Origin: Halobacteriota archaeon
GTDB taxonomy: Archaea > Halobacteriota > UBA148
Assembly: GCA_042577985.1 (NCBI GenBank)
Contig: JBHPDI010000003.1
Location: 1 to 47,692 of the forward strand
Length of the DNA: 47,692 bases
Direction of reading: 5' to 3'
Of this stretch, positions 9,078 through 18,506 are shown in pieces. Every line of letters begins with the position of its first letter. The stretch's first letter is position 1. The position numbers and the translations under genes were made by a program. Under the pieces are notes generated by a model. It saw only the letters and a program-made list of their open reading frames with translations. It did not search any database and had not been told where the DNA came from.

Positions 9078-10349
9078 ATGAATGTTAAGGTCCGATCTTC
9101 AAGGATAAAAGGAGACATATATGCCCCTATGTCTAAGAGTTACACCCATAGGGCAATAGCAATTGCAAGCCTTGGAGAGATATCTAATATCAAGTACCAC
9201 CTTCTCTCGGGCGATACGATGGCAACTGTCCGAGCGTGTGAGGCACTCGGAGCTACCATAGAGGATCGTGAAGATGTTCTAAATGTGGCAGGAGTGGGCG
9301 GTCTACCGAAGACGCCTGATGATGTGATATATGTAGCAAATTCTGGTACATCTCTCAGATTTATGACCGCCATAGCAAGTCTAATAGAGGGTACTGCGGT
9401 TTTAACTGGTGATTCTTCTCTAAGAGTTAGACCCAATGACCCACTGCTCAAAGCGATCAACGACCTTGGTGCAAGGGCATTCTCCACCAAAGAAGATGGA
9501 ACTGCACCAATAGTCGTGCAAGGCAAGCTTCTGGGTGGAGAGACCATCTTGGATGGATCTATCAGCTCTCAATTCATCTCGGGATTATTGATGGCCTGCC
9601 CATTCGCCGAGAAGGATACGGTGATAAAGATTGATGGTGAACTGATATCCAAGCCTTATGTAGAAATGACCCTTGAGATGCTAGAAAAGACAGGCGCTAA
9701 AATCACAACTGATTTCAAGGAATTTGTGATTCCATGTGATCAAGCGTTCGATCTCAGATCATACGTAGTTCCCGGGGATTTTTCATCTGCGTCATACATA
9801 CTTGCTGCTACGGCAATGACAAACTCAAAGTCGAGAGTGCGCAATCTGTTTCCTTCGAAACAAGGTGATGTTGCAATCATTTCGATACTGGAAAAAATGG
9901 GCGCGAATATATCGTGGGACCAGACCGAGGGTATTGTAAACTTAGATGGAGCTGACCTGGAAGGAATAGAAATTGACGCCGGAGATATACCAGATCTAGT
10001 TCCAACCATTGCGGTTCTGGGCGCCGTAGCAGAAGGAACGACCACGATCAGCAATGCAAAACATCTTCGATATAAGGAGACGGACCGATTACATGCGATG
10101 ACATCTGAGTTGAGAAAGATGGGTGTAAAAATAGAGGAGAAAACCGACGGGATGATTATCGAAGGGACGAGAATACATGGCGCAAAACTACATGATTACA
10201 ATGATCATCGAATCGTCATGGCATTAACGATAGCGGGATTAGTGGCGGAGGGAGAGACTGTGATCAATAATGCTGAATGCGTGGAAGTATCTTACCCGGG
10301 CTTTTTCGACGATCTGTATGGCATGGGCGCCAACCTTGAGGTGGAGTAA
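9078..10349 (+). CDS. aroA: 3-phosphoshikimate 1-carboxyvinyltransferase
   Basis: SKSYTHRA, NSGTSLRF, SSQFISGLL, LRYKETDR, DHRIVMA. Confidence 0.96.
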   Translation: MNVKVRSSRIKGDIYAPMSKSYTHRAIAIASLGEISNIKYHLLSGDTMATVRACEALGATIEDREDVLNVAGVGGLPKTPDDVIYVANSGTSLRFMTAIASLIEGTAVLTGDSSLRVRPNDPLLKAINDLGARAFSTKEDGTAPIVVQGKLLGGETILDGSISSQFISGLLMACPFAEKDTVIKIDGELISKPYVEMTLEMLEKTGAKITTDFKEFVIPCDQAFDLRSYVVPGDFSSASYILAATAMTNSKSRVRNLFPSKQGDVAIISILEKMGANISWDQTEGIVNLDGADLEGIEIDAGDIPDLVPTIAVLGAVAEGTTTISNAKHLRYKETDRLHAMTSELRKMGVKIEEKTDGMIIEGTRIHGAKLHDYNDHRIVMALTIAGLVAEGETVINNAECVEVSYPGFFDDLYGMGANLEVE

Positions 10350-11438
10350 ATGAGCGGAAACTCCTTCGGAGAGATTTTTAGGATTACGACCTGGGGCGAA
10401 AGTCATGGAAAAGCTATGGGAATAATATTGGATGGTTGCCCTGCGGGACTAGAGATATGCGAAGATGAAATCCAGGCGGAGCTTGACAGAAGACGTCCGG
10501 GTCAAAGCATTTTGACCTCTCCCCGAGAGGAGATGGATAAAATAGAGATCCTTTCTGGTGTGTTCGAGGGTAAAACGACTGGAACCCCCATCTCAATGTT
10601 CGTTCAAAACTTGGATGTCGATTCCAGCAAATACGAATCTTTGCGAAACACCCCCAGGCCCGGTCATGCAGATTTCACCTATGAAAAGAAGTACGGTCTA
10701 AGAGATTGGAAAGGAGGCGGAAGGGCCTCTGCTAGGGAGACAGTTGCAAGGGTAGCTGGCGGTGCAATAGCAAAGAAACTGCTCAGCTCACAAAAAATCG
10801 AGATTATTGGTCATGTGACTCAAATCGGCGGGATTTCCATTGAGGCGATCACATTAGATCAAATTCGAGAGAACGTGGAGCAAAACATGGTAAGATGCGC
10901 AGATATTAAAACTGCAGAAAGCATGCTTCAATACATCAAAAAAGTGCAAGCAAGTAAAGATAGCGTTGGAGGCATCGTCGAGATAATCGCATTGAACGTA
11001 CCAGCAGGTGTAGGCGAGCCCGTGTTCGATAAGTTGGATGCTGATCTAGCAAAGGCACTGATGAGCATAGGAAGTGTAAAAGGCATTGAGATAGGTGTTG
11101 GATTTAGATGCGCAATGATGCGAGGGAGGGAGATGAACGATCCGTTCGTGCTTAGAAAAGGAGTGGTTATGACTGAGACCAACAATGCTGGTGGCATCTT
11201 GGGAGGTATATCCAATGGTATGCCTATAGTGTGTAGAATAGTGGTTAAGCCGACACCTTCCATAGAAGAAACCCAAAAAACGGTGGACTTAGTTGATAAA
11301 GAAGAGAAAGATATTCAAATAAAGGGAAGGCATGATCCATGCATCTGTCCGAGGATCGTTCCTGTGGCAGAGGCGATGGTAGCCCTTGTTCTGTCTGATC
11401 ATATGATCAGGGGGGGGTTCATTCATCCGAGCAAATAG
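10350..11438 (+). CDS. aroC: Chorismate synthase
   Basis: [37 protein letters not shown]. Confidence 0.97.
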   Translation: MSGNSFGEIFRITTWGESHGKAMGIILDGCPAGLEICEDEIQAELDRRRPGQSILTSPREEMDKIEILSGVFEGKTTGTPISMFVQNLDVDSSKYESLRNTPRPGHADFTYEKKYGLRDWKGGGRASARETVARVAGGAIAKKLLSSQKIEIIGHVTQIGGISIEAITLDQIRENVEQNMVRCADIKTAESMLQYIKKVQASKDSVGGIVEIIALNVPAGVGEPVFDKLDADLAKALMSIGSVKGIEIGVGFRCAMMRGREMNDPFVLRKGVVMTETNNAGGILGGISNGMPIVCRIVVKPTPSIEETQKTVDLVDKEEKDIQIKGRHDPCICPRIVPVAEAMVALVLSDHMIRGGFIHPSK

Positions 11439-12051
11439 AATCTGGATAGGAATCATCGTTATTTTATTAATATCTATAGGATCTTTTGGGTGTGTTGAAA
11501 CAGAGCCGACGCCTGCACCCACACCATATCCAACACCAACCACAGCTCAAACACCACCCCAGAAAACGGCACCAGCTTCAACACCTGCTATTACACCAAC
11601 ACCCACTCCCACACCAACAACAGAGTCTACATGGCCTTTAGCACCCGATTTTGAACTAATAGATGCAACAAGTGGCGACCTAATCAGCCTCAGAGATTAC
11701 AGGGGCAAGATGGTTCTTTTGGACCTTTTTGCAACTTGGTGTGGAGCATGTGCAAACTCAATCGACAATGACTTAGTGCCACTACACGAGCAATATGGGG
11801 ATCATATAATAATCCTCTCTGTCGACATTAGGGATCCGGACCTTACTGCTGAAGATCTCCGAACTTTCGCAGAAGAACATGATATGGGATGGCCAGTACT
11901 GATGGGCTCCTCTACGACCGTTCCCCAAGACTATAAAATACAGGGTTTACCAACCATATACATCATCGATAAGGACGGAGTAATCAAATACTTTCATCTA
12001 GGATCCCCTGGGATCGAAGTCCTTAAAAACGAGATAGACAGTTTGTTATAA
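11425..12051 (+). CDS. TlpA/redoxin-family lipoprotein with Pro/Thr linker; probable non-canonical ATC start
   Basis: Frame open from 11407: [23 protein letters not shown] lipobox, PT-rich linker, [14 protein letters not shown]; ORF track shows only 11710-12051. Confidence 0.8.
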   Translation: MRANRIWIGIIVILLISIGSFGCVETEPTPAPTPYPTPTTAQTPPQKTAPASTPAITPTPTPTPTTESTWPLAPDFELIDATSGDLISLRDYRGKMVLLDLFATWCGACANSIDNDLVPLHEQYGDHIIILSVDIRDPDLTAEDLRTFAEEHDMGWPVLMGSSTTVPQDYKIQGLPTIYIIDKDGVIKYFHLGSPGIEVLKNEIDSLL

Positions 12052-12060
12052 TAAAGTAGG

Positions 12061-12726
12061 ATGGTGATTAAATTAATGGCTGACCTATCGCCTTTGGTGG
12101 CATTTTCTGCTGGAGTTCTAAGCATATCTTCACCGTGTGTGCTTCCACTAATTCCAGCGATAATGGCATACTCGACAGGAAAGGGACGATTTAGACCAGT
12201 TTCTATTGTCCTGGGAATAACCCTGGCCTTTACCCTCATGGGCGTGGCAGCGTCAGCATTGGGCCTGGCGTTCATCGGCTATATTCCTTACATGAAAAGT
12301 ATCGCAGGAATCGTTATCGTTTTTTTGGGAGTATACATGCTATCTGAAAAGCTTGAACAGAAAGTGCTAGAGCTTAGAAGCAGGATACCCATAAGATTCA
12401 ATTATTCTGCACCATCAGGGAGCGTTTTTGGGGGTTTTGCCCTTGGCCTATCGCTCGGCATAGTGTGGATACCCTGCGTCGGACCGATACTTGGCGCCAT
12501 ATTATCGATGGTCGCAGTAAGGGGTAGTGTTTCCTATGGTGCTTTACTGCTATTCATATATTCACTTGGATTTGGAGTTCCAATGTTAATCATCGCCTAT
12601 TCTTCGGCATTTTCATCTAAACGTCTCAGTATATTTGTGCGATACAACGCCATCTTGAAACGGATCGCAGGAGTTGTTTTAATTTTGGTTGGACTGTATA
12701 TGATGCCCATACCCCTACCCATTTAA
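12061..12726 (+). CDS. ccdA: CcdA/DsbD-type membrane thiol-disulfide transporter
   Basis: SPCVLPLIP and WIPCVGPILG motifs, about 6 TM segments. Confidence 0.9.
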   Translation: MVIKLMADLSPLVAFSAGVLSISSPCVLPLIPAIMAYSTGKGRFRPVSIVLGITLAFTLMGVAASALGLAFIGYIPYMKSIAGIVIVFLGVYMLSEKLEQKVLELRSRIPIRFNYSAPSGSVFGGFALGLSLGIVWIPCVGPILGAILSMVAVRGSVSYGALLLFIYSLGFGVPMLIIAYSSAFSSKRLSIFVRYNAILKRIAGVVLILVGLYMMPIPLPI

Positions 12727-12819
12727 CTCAAACTCGTATAATCGACTTCATTGAATTTAAGAGAACCAGAATTGACAGACGATAAAGAAACCAAATAGTT
12801 TAGAATGCTTTGAAAATTT

Positions 12820-13211
12820 TCACGGTATTTCAAACCTATCGAATAAATTACCAACAATTTCGCTAAGCAGCCCATAATCCTCATCGTAAAACAGGTGACT
12901 TTCACAATCACAATCGCTAGATCCAAATCCTCTTACAAATGGAAAGTAATCTGCAAGCTTTGTTACAATATCACATTCCTTTAACTCACCCACATATACG
13001 TCTTTTATCCTTGCACATGCTAGAAGATAATCTATGTGCCAATGTATTTTCTTCTCCTTTCTGAGATGTCGGCTTATCCTTGCCTCCAACCCCCCAAGGC
13101 AGAGCCAACGTATGCATAAAAGCCAGTTTTAAATTTTATTTTTCCCAGGTGTCCAACTTGGATCTCCACACTCTTAGGAAGTCCTATTAGTAAAACATAA
13201 GCGCCTTTCAT
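12820..13211 (-). pseudogene. DUF123/GIY-YIG (Uri) nuclease, frameshifted
   Basis: MKGAYVLL...GFYAYVGSALGG from ATG 13211; shift in G6 run (13090-13095) into LEARISRH...HWHIDYLL...GFGSSDCDCESHL. Confidence 0.75.
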
Positions 13212-13353
13212 TTCCCCATTCTAAACTTTCTTTTGTAATACTTTGAATAGATTGCTCCTGCAGGGTTATGCGCAAAACCCTATCTTTCACGATAAAAGTC
13301 GTCATAGGAGCCTCTGAGTGCTCTGAAAATAATATATCATGTCCGAGGCATAA
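13208..13353 (-). pseudogene. C-terminal remnant of DUF1847-type metal-binding protein
   Basis: [27 protein letters not shown], then frameshift to [16 protein letters not shown]; N-terminus missing. Confidence 0.65.
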
Positions 13354-13571
13354 CATGCATAATCTGTACATTTTGACCCGTCTATTACGGCTTCTTTAGA
13401 ACCACAAACATCCTATTTGTTCCTCATGTGTGGATTTATGAGTAGATGGAGATCGACTGCATACACATCACAGTCTGCCATAACAAGGTTATGCGCCAAA
13501 GCTGCAAGAGAGGCAGTAATGGTTGTTTTTCCAGTTCCGCCCTTTCCACTTATGATCGTTATTTGTTTCAT
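13354..13571 (-). pseudogene. N-terminal remnant of MinD-superfamily ferredoxin-containing P-loop ATPase
   Basis: [17 protein letters not shown]...[12 protein letters not shown], in-frame TAG at 13413-13415, then [11 protein letters not shown]; truncated. Confidence 0.75.
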
Positions 13572-13591
13572 GTGGCCAACCCTTTACTTAT

Positions 13592-14284
13592 TTACAGCTT
13601 GACGTCCCCCATACAAACAAATTCGACCACACTCTTTAAATTGGGCGTCCCACCACCTTGGCTGACGATTTCTAATGCCTTTTCAGCATCGTTAACTATT
13701 GCTCCAGCGATAACATCGGCACCATATTCTAATAGAATGGGTGTTAGTGGAGTGGTGGGTCCAATTACGAAAGTGTAGCCGTCGCTAAGCTCTAATAGCC
13801 TTTGTAGAGTTTTATTTACGAATGTACTCCCAGATATGACGATCAAGTCACACTTCGGTAGTAATGTCTCTGCAGCCGTATCTGGTAGTGCTCCATGCAT
13901 GGGGCGTCTCTCAAATACAAACACATCTTTACCAAGTGAATCAATGAAGGGGAAACGACCAACAACCCCTATCTTATCATAATTATGAGCGATCGCTAGA
14001 ATGCGATCAACTATGTTCATAACTTTATAGTTTCTTGGTTTCAGAAGTGCATTTATGCTTGCGATACCAATCGATGCTTCAGTAATGTTCCATGATTTTG
14101 CAAATGGCAAGGTATTTGTCCCGAGAAGATTTCCAACATTCTTTGGAGGTGAATGGAAATCTGAGAAGGCGTATGCTAAGCCAACTCTATCTTCAATTCG
14201 GACTGCAGTATATTTAAGTCCCGCCCTAATGTCATCCGATGTTTCTGCGTCTATAGATTTTAGTATGTCATCTATCAGTTCCAT
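13592..14284 (-). CDS. DUF364 Rossmann-like putative metal-chelation protein
   Basis: EASIGIASINA, VVGRFPF, LLPKCDLIVISGSTFVNKTL, GPTTP. Confidence 0.85.
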   Translation of the reverse strand: MELIDDILKSIDAETSDDIRAGLKYTAVRIEDRVGLAYAFSDFHSPPKNVGNLLGTNTLPFAKSWNITEASIGIASINALLKPRNYKVMNIVDRILAIAHNYDKIGVVGRFPFIDSLGKDVFVFERRPMHGALPDTAAETLLPKCDLIVISGSTFVNKTLQRLLELSDGYTFVIGPTTPLTPILLEYGADVIAGAIVNDAEKALEIVSQGGGTPNLKSVVEFVCMGDVKL

Positions 14285-14297
14285 ATGCCTCTCTCAG

Positions 14298-14520
14298 CTA
14301 TGCAGGGATTTGTACCTCATCAAATAATTCTAAGAATTTTTCTTTCCATTCCAGCATCTCCAAAACGAATAGTACACCACGTGAGTAGAGTTCTGCAATT
14401 CTTTTATCAATTAGAATTCTTAGTAAGATAGTTATGCCTTTCTTTTTGCAATAGTCCTGAACCTTTTGGTCACCTATTCCCTCGCAGTTTATTATGACTC
14501 CAAAATTTTTATACTTAAAT
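14298..14520 (-). pseudogene. C-terminal remnant of a second MinD-superfamily ATPase
   Basis: Start-less frame FGVIINCEGIGDQKVQDYCKKKGITILLRILIDKRIAELYSRG...EWKEKFLELF. Confidence 0.65.
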
Positions 14521-14538
14521 TTTTGATGATTATATTTT

Positions 14539-15369
14539 TTATTCTTTCTTACTTTTCACGAATTCTTCCACATTATCTACTATCAACTCAAAGGGTTTCG
14601 TATCATTTGGATTATTTTCTAACACGAATGGCGTTCCAGAATCTCCTGACTCGCAAATCTTTGGATCAATAGGTATTCTCCCTAGGAAAGGCACAACTAA
14701 TTCCATGGCTGCTCTCTCCCCACCACCGACTTTGAATAGATCAATTGTATTGCCACATTCTGGGCATGCAAAACCGCCCATATTTTCAACTATTCCAATC
14801 AATGGTACCTTTATCTGCCTTGCAAAATTCACCGCCTTTCTTGAATCCAATAATGATACTTCCTGAGGTGTCGTGACAATTACAGCACCATCTACATCCT
14901 GAATAAGTTGTACGATGCTTAATGGTTCATCACCCGTGCCTGGTGGCAAATCAATAATCAAATAATCCAAAGTACCCCAAGCAATATCCGAAGTGAACTG
15001 TTTTATTAAACTCATTTTCACAGGACCCCTCCAGATTGTCGGTGTATCTTTGTCCGATAGTAGAAATCCTACTGAAACGACTTTTAACCCTTGGAACGCT
15101 GTGACTGGTAACATGCCCACAGGAGACGATCTCAGGTGTTCATCTTCGATACCAAGCATTTTTGGAACGTTCGGCCCATGCATGTCAGTATCCATTATAC
15201 CAACTTTGTATCCCTTGTTTGCGAGTGATACTGCCAGATTGACGGCAACTGTCGTCTTTCCAACACCGCCCTTACCACTCATTACCATGATTTTATGCTT
15301 TACGTTATTCATTCCGGCTTCTCCGGCTTCTAAAAAATTCGCTTTTTTCTCTTTCTTTGTATCAGCCAT
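14539..15369 (-). CDS. apbC: Mrp/ApbC/Nbp35 Fe-S cluster carrier ATPase
   Basis: [28 protein letters not shown], ENMxxFxCPxC; GGAGG RBS before ATG 15369. Confidence 0.9.
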   Translation of the reverse strand: MADTKKEKKANFLEAGEAGMNNVKHKIMVMSGKGGVGKTTVAVNLAVSLANKGYKVGIMDTDMHGPNVPKMLGIEDEHLRSSPVGMLPVTAFQGLKVVSVGFLLSDKDTPTIWRGPVKMSLIKQFTSDIAWGTLDYLIIDLPPGTGDEPLSIVQLIQDVDGAVIVTTPQEVSLLDSRKAVNFARQIKVPLIGIVENMGGFACPECGNTIDLFKVGGGERAAMELVVPFLGRIPIDPKICESGDSGTPFVLENNPNDTKPFELIVDNVEEFVKSKKE

Positions 15370-15449
15370 AGTTATTTCCAACCTCCTTATATGACAGCAT
15401 CTGCATCTATCACTAATAGTATTTAAGAAGTCACAGACAGATCAAATTA

Positions 15450-15859
15450 TTACTTTATAAGCTCTTCAAGACGTTTCTTGATCTGCTCTAACATCTTTGC
15501 CTGGCTCTCCAGCATTGCAACTTTCTTGCCCCTTTAAAAACTGAGGTAACAGGCGGCATGATTGCAGGCATTGTCGGTGCTGTAGCAGCTTGGCCCATAT
15601 AAGAAGTAAACTGCGATAACTAGCCCGTATCTATCAAATACTGTGCTGCTGGTGGCAACCCGTTGGACTTCTTCCCTGTCCATCCTGAGCTAAAGCCAAA
15701 TCTCATCCATCCTAGTGCATATGCTGTTATCGGCCCATACCTGCCAGCCCACCACCGTCTAGGCAACCATTGGAACCCCCTACAAAATCCTAGACCAAAA
15801 CCAGATCTCATTCCGAAACCTGGTCCCTGGAATCCTCTTCCACGCCCATATCTAGGCAT
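15450..15859 (-). pseudogene. DUF5320-like Gly/Arg-rich protein, interrupted
   Basis: MPRYGRGRG...PRRWW; TAG at 15620; downstream shifted coiled-coil tail MLESQAKMLEQIKKRLEELIK ending at 15450. Confidence 0.55.
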
Positions 15860-16215
15860 TTTTTATTCATCTCCTTTTCAACTATTGCGTAGCTACCTCC
15901 GCTTATTTCGATAGCTTTTCCGTTTATGAGGGCGTCAACAATCTTTCTTCTCCCCGACTTCAGATCTCTCCATAGCGTTTTTCTAGATGTTCCCATTTTT
16001 CGTGCTGCTTCTTCTTGTTCAAGTCCATCAAAGTCGACGAGTCGCATAGCCTCCAACTCTTCAATTTTTACGTTTACCTTTTCAGGATATCCCCTCGCTG
16101 GTGGCCACATCGGAACACTACAAGGATTAAAATAATTTGTTTCAGGAACCTGTGAAATCCATCTTTGACATCTAGGTCTACCTCTTCTACATCCAGGTCT
16201 GCCTCTTCCCCCCAT
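15808..16215 (-). CDS. DUF134 family predicted DNA-binding protein
   Basis: EELEAMRLVDFDGLEQEEAARKMGTSRKTLWR...KIVDALINGKAIEI. Confidence 0.88.
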   Translation of the reverse strand: MGGRGRPGCRRGRPRCQRWISQVPETNYFNPCSVPMWPPARGYPEKVNVKIEELEAMRLVDFDGLEQEEAARKMGTSRKTLWRDLKSGRRKIVDALINGKAIEISGGSYAIVEKEMNKKCLDMGVEEDSRDQVSE

Positions 16216-16388
16216 ATATGCACATATGCGCCATAATAGTATATAAAATTTTGCCCAAATGAGCTAAAATATTTCAGCTATGCTATTTTGGTTTCATTTT
16301 GACAAAAAAAATAGAGTATTAGCGCCCAATATTGATCAATAAAATAAGTTAAAATGGATTAATTGGAGGTTATACTCACATATTGTGC

Positions 16389-16426
16389 GCCTTATTAATC
16401 GAACTGTAAGCCTTATTAATCGAACT
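16389..16426. repeat. 17-bp direct repeat, two copies
   Basis: GCCTTATTAATCGAACT at 16389-16405 and 16410-16426. Confidence 0.8.
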
Positions 16427-16433
16427 TATCGTC

Positions 16434-16607
16434 CTAATCGAGCGATAGAGCCTCTGATGGACAAACTTCAACACACAGTCCGCATTCAACGCACAGATCT
16501 TCGTCGACTATAGCGATTTCATCCTTCACTGAAATGGCATCACTCGGGCATTCCTCTATGCATGACCCACACAATACACACTTCTCTAAATCGATCTTTA
16601 CCGCCAT
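16434..16607 (-). CDS. 2x[4Fe-4S] ferredoxin, 57 aa
   Basis: Not in ORF track: MAVKIDLEKCVLCGSCIEECPSDAISVKDEIAIVDEDLCVECGLCVEVCPSEALSLD, two CxxCxxCxxxCP motifs. Confidence 0.92.
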   Translation of the reverse strand: MAVKIDLEKCVLCGSCIEECPSDAISVKDEIAIVDEDLCVECGLCVEVCPSEALSLD

Positions 16608-16910
16608 ATGTATCAGTTCTCCTTTCTGCCATGTTCATTTGTTCATGATATTTATAGATTTTCTAAAAACTTCAGACAGTCTTTTACATCTAAACTTTAT
16701 GGTCTGTTTCCTTCAGATGCAATGCAAACGCTAGGTGCAAATGAATATCAATAATATCGTGATGAAGGGAGGGGGCAAGAGAATCCAAATTTTCCACGCA
16801 TCATAGGTTCAAGCAGATCATACATGGGTTGCGTTACGTTTACTGGAGTTTTAAGCATCTACTCGAAAAGTAGTATTTCAAAAAAAGATAGGGAGTAGGA
16901 TTGATTTTAC

Positions 16911-17903
16911 CTACTCTTTCCTCAGTTTTTTGTACCACTCAGGGTGATGTTCCTTCACATACTCTTCGGATGTCTTCGTTGTTAGCATGGACTTGAAAAG
17001 TGGCCATGATGGCGGTATCACAGCAGCAGTGATGATGTGCACGATCAGAAGAAGTATTATTAGGATTGCCGCTATGTCGTGAATTATTGTAGCAACATAG
17101 GCCATTGTGGGTGGTAGATCTATTACATATCTAATTGTCTTGATGACTCCAGTGAGAATTATTGCACCCACGAGGACGGCCCAAGCCGGGGTTTCCACCC
17201 TTTCGATAGGAAGCCATTTTCCTGCATGGGGTGGTTCCGTAACACCTATCTTTGCAAGCAAATTAGCCAGAGGTTTCTTGATGATCTTAGGTAGATACAA
17301 TCCCCGGATTCCGAAGAAAGCTCCATCACCAATAACACCCATAATAGCCATGGTCTCTGCTATTGAGTCCTTAACATCGCTCATCACTGGTATTATTTCT
17401 CTGTCACCGGCGATTATGTGATTCACTATGTAAAAGAGACTGGCGAAAACTAAGATGCCTGCACCTATGAAGTGCAGTTTGTATGCTAGCAAGAACGGTG
17501 AGAAAAACACCAGCAACCCAAACCTAGTTCCAATTAACAAAAAAACGGCGGTTATGATGCATATGATGACTCCTATCGTGTGTGTCCAATGCTCGAACAA
17601 TATACTGACTGTATGTCGCTTGACTTTCCCATTTGCAATGACCGGTACCATTGGTTGTTTTTTTGCCCTCCTACCTAGGATAAAGCCGCCTAGGATACCA
17701 AGAACAATTACAACTGGTAACGCCAGTGCAAAGAGATCTTTGCCGGCATTCAAACTTTGTGCCTCTGTCTCCCAATCTGGTCGCATTATGTTACTCAATA
17801 CATCGCCAACATCAGCAGCATTTACACTGATTCCACTGAATATTGCTATTAAGACAAGTAGACCTATAGTGATCGTAATCTTTCTGACGGTGCCCTTTTC
17901 CAC
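16911..17903 (-). CDS. Cytochrome b membrane anchor (PhsC/FdnI-like) with N-terminal extension
   Basis: EHWTH, LH, IHD and VH candidate heme ligands in TM helices; GKWLP; C-terminal YVKEHHPEWY. Confidence 0.8.
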   Translation of the reverse strand: MEKGTVRKITITIGLLVLIAIFSGISVNAADVGDVLSNIMRPDWETEAQSLNAGKDLFALALPVVIVLGILGGFILGRRAKKQPMVPVIANGKVKRHTVSILFEHWTHTIGVIICIITAVFLLIGTRFGLLVFFSPFLLAYKLHFIGAGILVFASLFYIVNHIIAGDREIIPVMSDVKDSIAETMAIMGVIGDGAFFGIRGLYLPKIIKKPLANLLAKIGVTEPPHAGKWLPIERVETPAWAVLVGAIILTGVIKTIRYVIDLPPTMAYVATIIHDIAAILIILLLIVHIITAAVIPPSWPLFKSMLTTKTSEEYVKEHHPEWYKKLRKE

Positions 17904-17936
17904 CCCATTTCCTCCCTGTAATTAAAAAGGTGTAGA

Positions 17937-17955
17937 TAGAGGATGTGATCCTCTA
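17937..17955. other. Intergenic hairpin between the Fe-S and cytochrome b subunit genes
   Basis: TAGAGGAT-GTG-ATCCTCTA, perfect 8-bp inverted repeat. Confidence 0.45.
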
Positions 17956-17971
17956 CCTCTATTTATCCTAG

Positions 17972-18496
17972 CTATACTATGCCTTGCTGTAGCTTTGCCG
18001 CAACTCTCTTTCGATATATTTCATTGATTTCATCCGCATCTCCGGCGTGGAGGGCTTTGGTTGTACAGAGATCTGCACATCTTGGGTTCGGCTCTTTCTG
18101 CTCTCCTCCCTCAAACGGTAGTACGCATAACGTACATTTATCCATCTTTCCACCGAGTTTGAATGATCCTTCCGGAAACTGCGGAGCCGCGAACGGACAT
18201 GCCCAGCTGCAGTAACCGCAACCGATGCACTTGCTCTTGTCGTTCAGGACGATGCCGTCCCCTCGCTTGTATATTGCTCCTGTCGGACATGCCGCCATAC
18301 ACGGAGGGTCAGTACAGTGCATGCATGCTAGTGAGACAGAGTACTTTTGCACATTTGGGTACTCTCCTCTCTCGATTTCGACCACCCTTCTCCGCCTTGA
18401 CCCAACTGGAACTTCGTTCTTTATCTTGCACGCGACTTCGCAGGCGCTGCATCCTATGCATCGATCCGCATCGAACAGAAATTTGTATGTTACCAT
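17972..18496 (-). CDS. Four-cluster Fe-S subunit (PsrB/PhsB/DmsB family)
   Basis: CIGCSACEVAC, CMHCTDPPCMAACP, CIGCGYCSWACP, KCTLC...CADLC. Confidence 0.92.
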   Translation of the reverse strand: MVTYKFLFDADRCIGCSACEVACKIKNEVPVGSRRRRVVEIERGEYPNVQKYSVSLACMHCTDPPCMAACPTGAIYKRGDGIVLNDKSKCIGCGYCSWACPFAAPQFPEGSFKLGGKMDKCTLCVLPFEGGEQKEPNPRCADLCTTKALHAGDADEINEIYRKRVAAKLQQGIV

Positions 18497-18506
18497 TTTT
18501 CATCCC

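Noticed and set aside
13413-15622. In-frame TAG codons as pyrrolysine readthrough
   Set aside because: Both genes also carry frameshifts or deletions, so ordinary decay explains them
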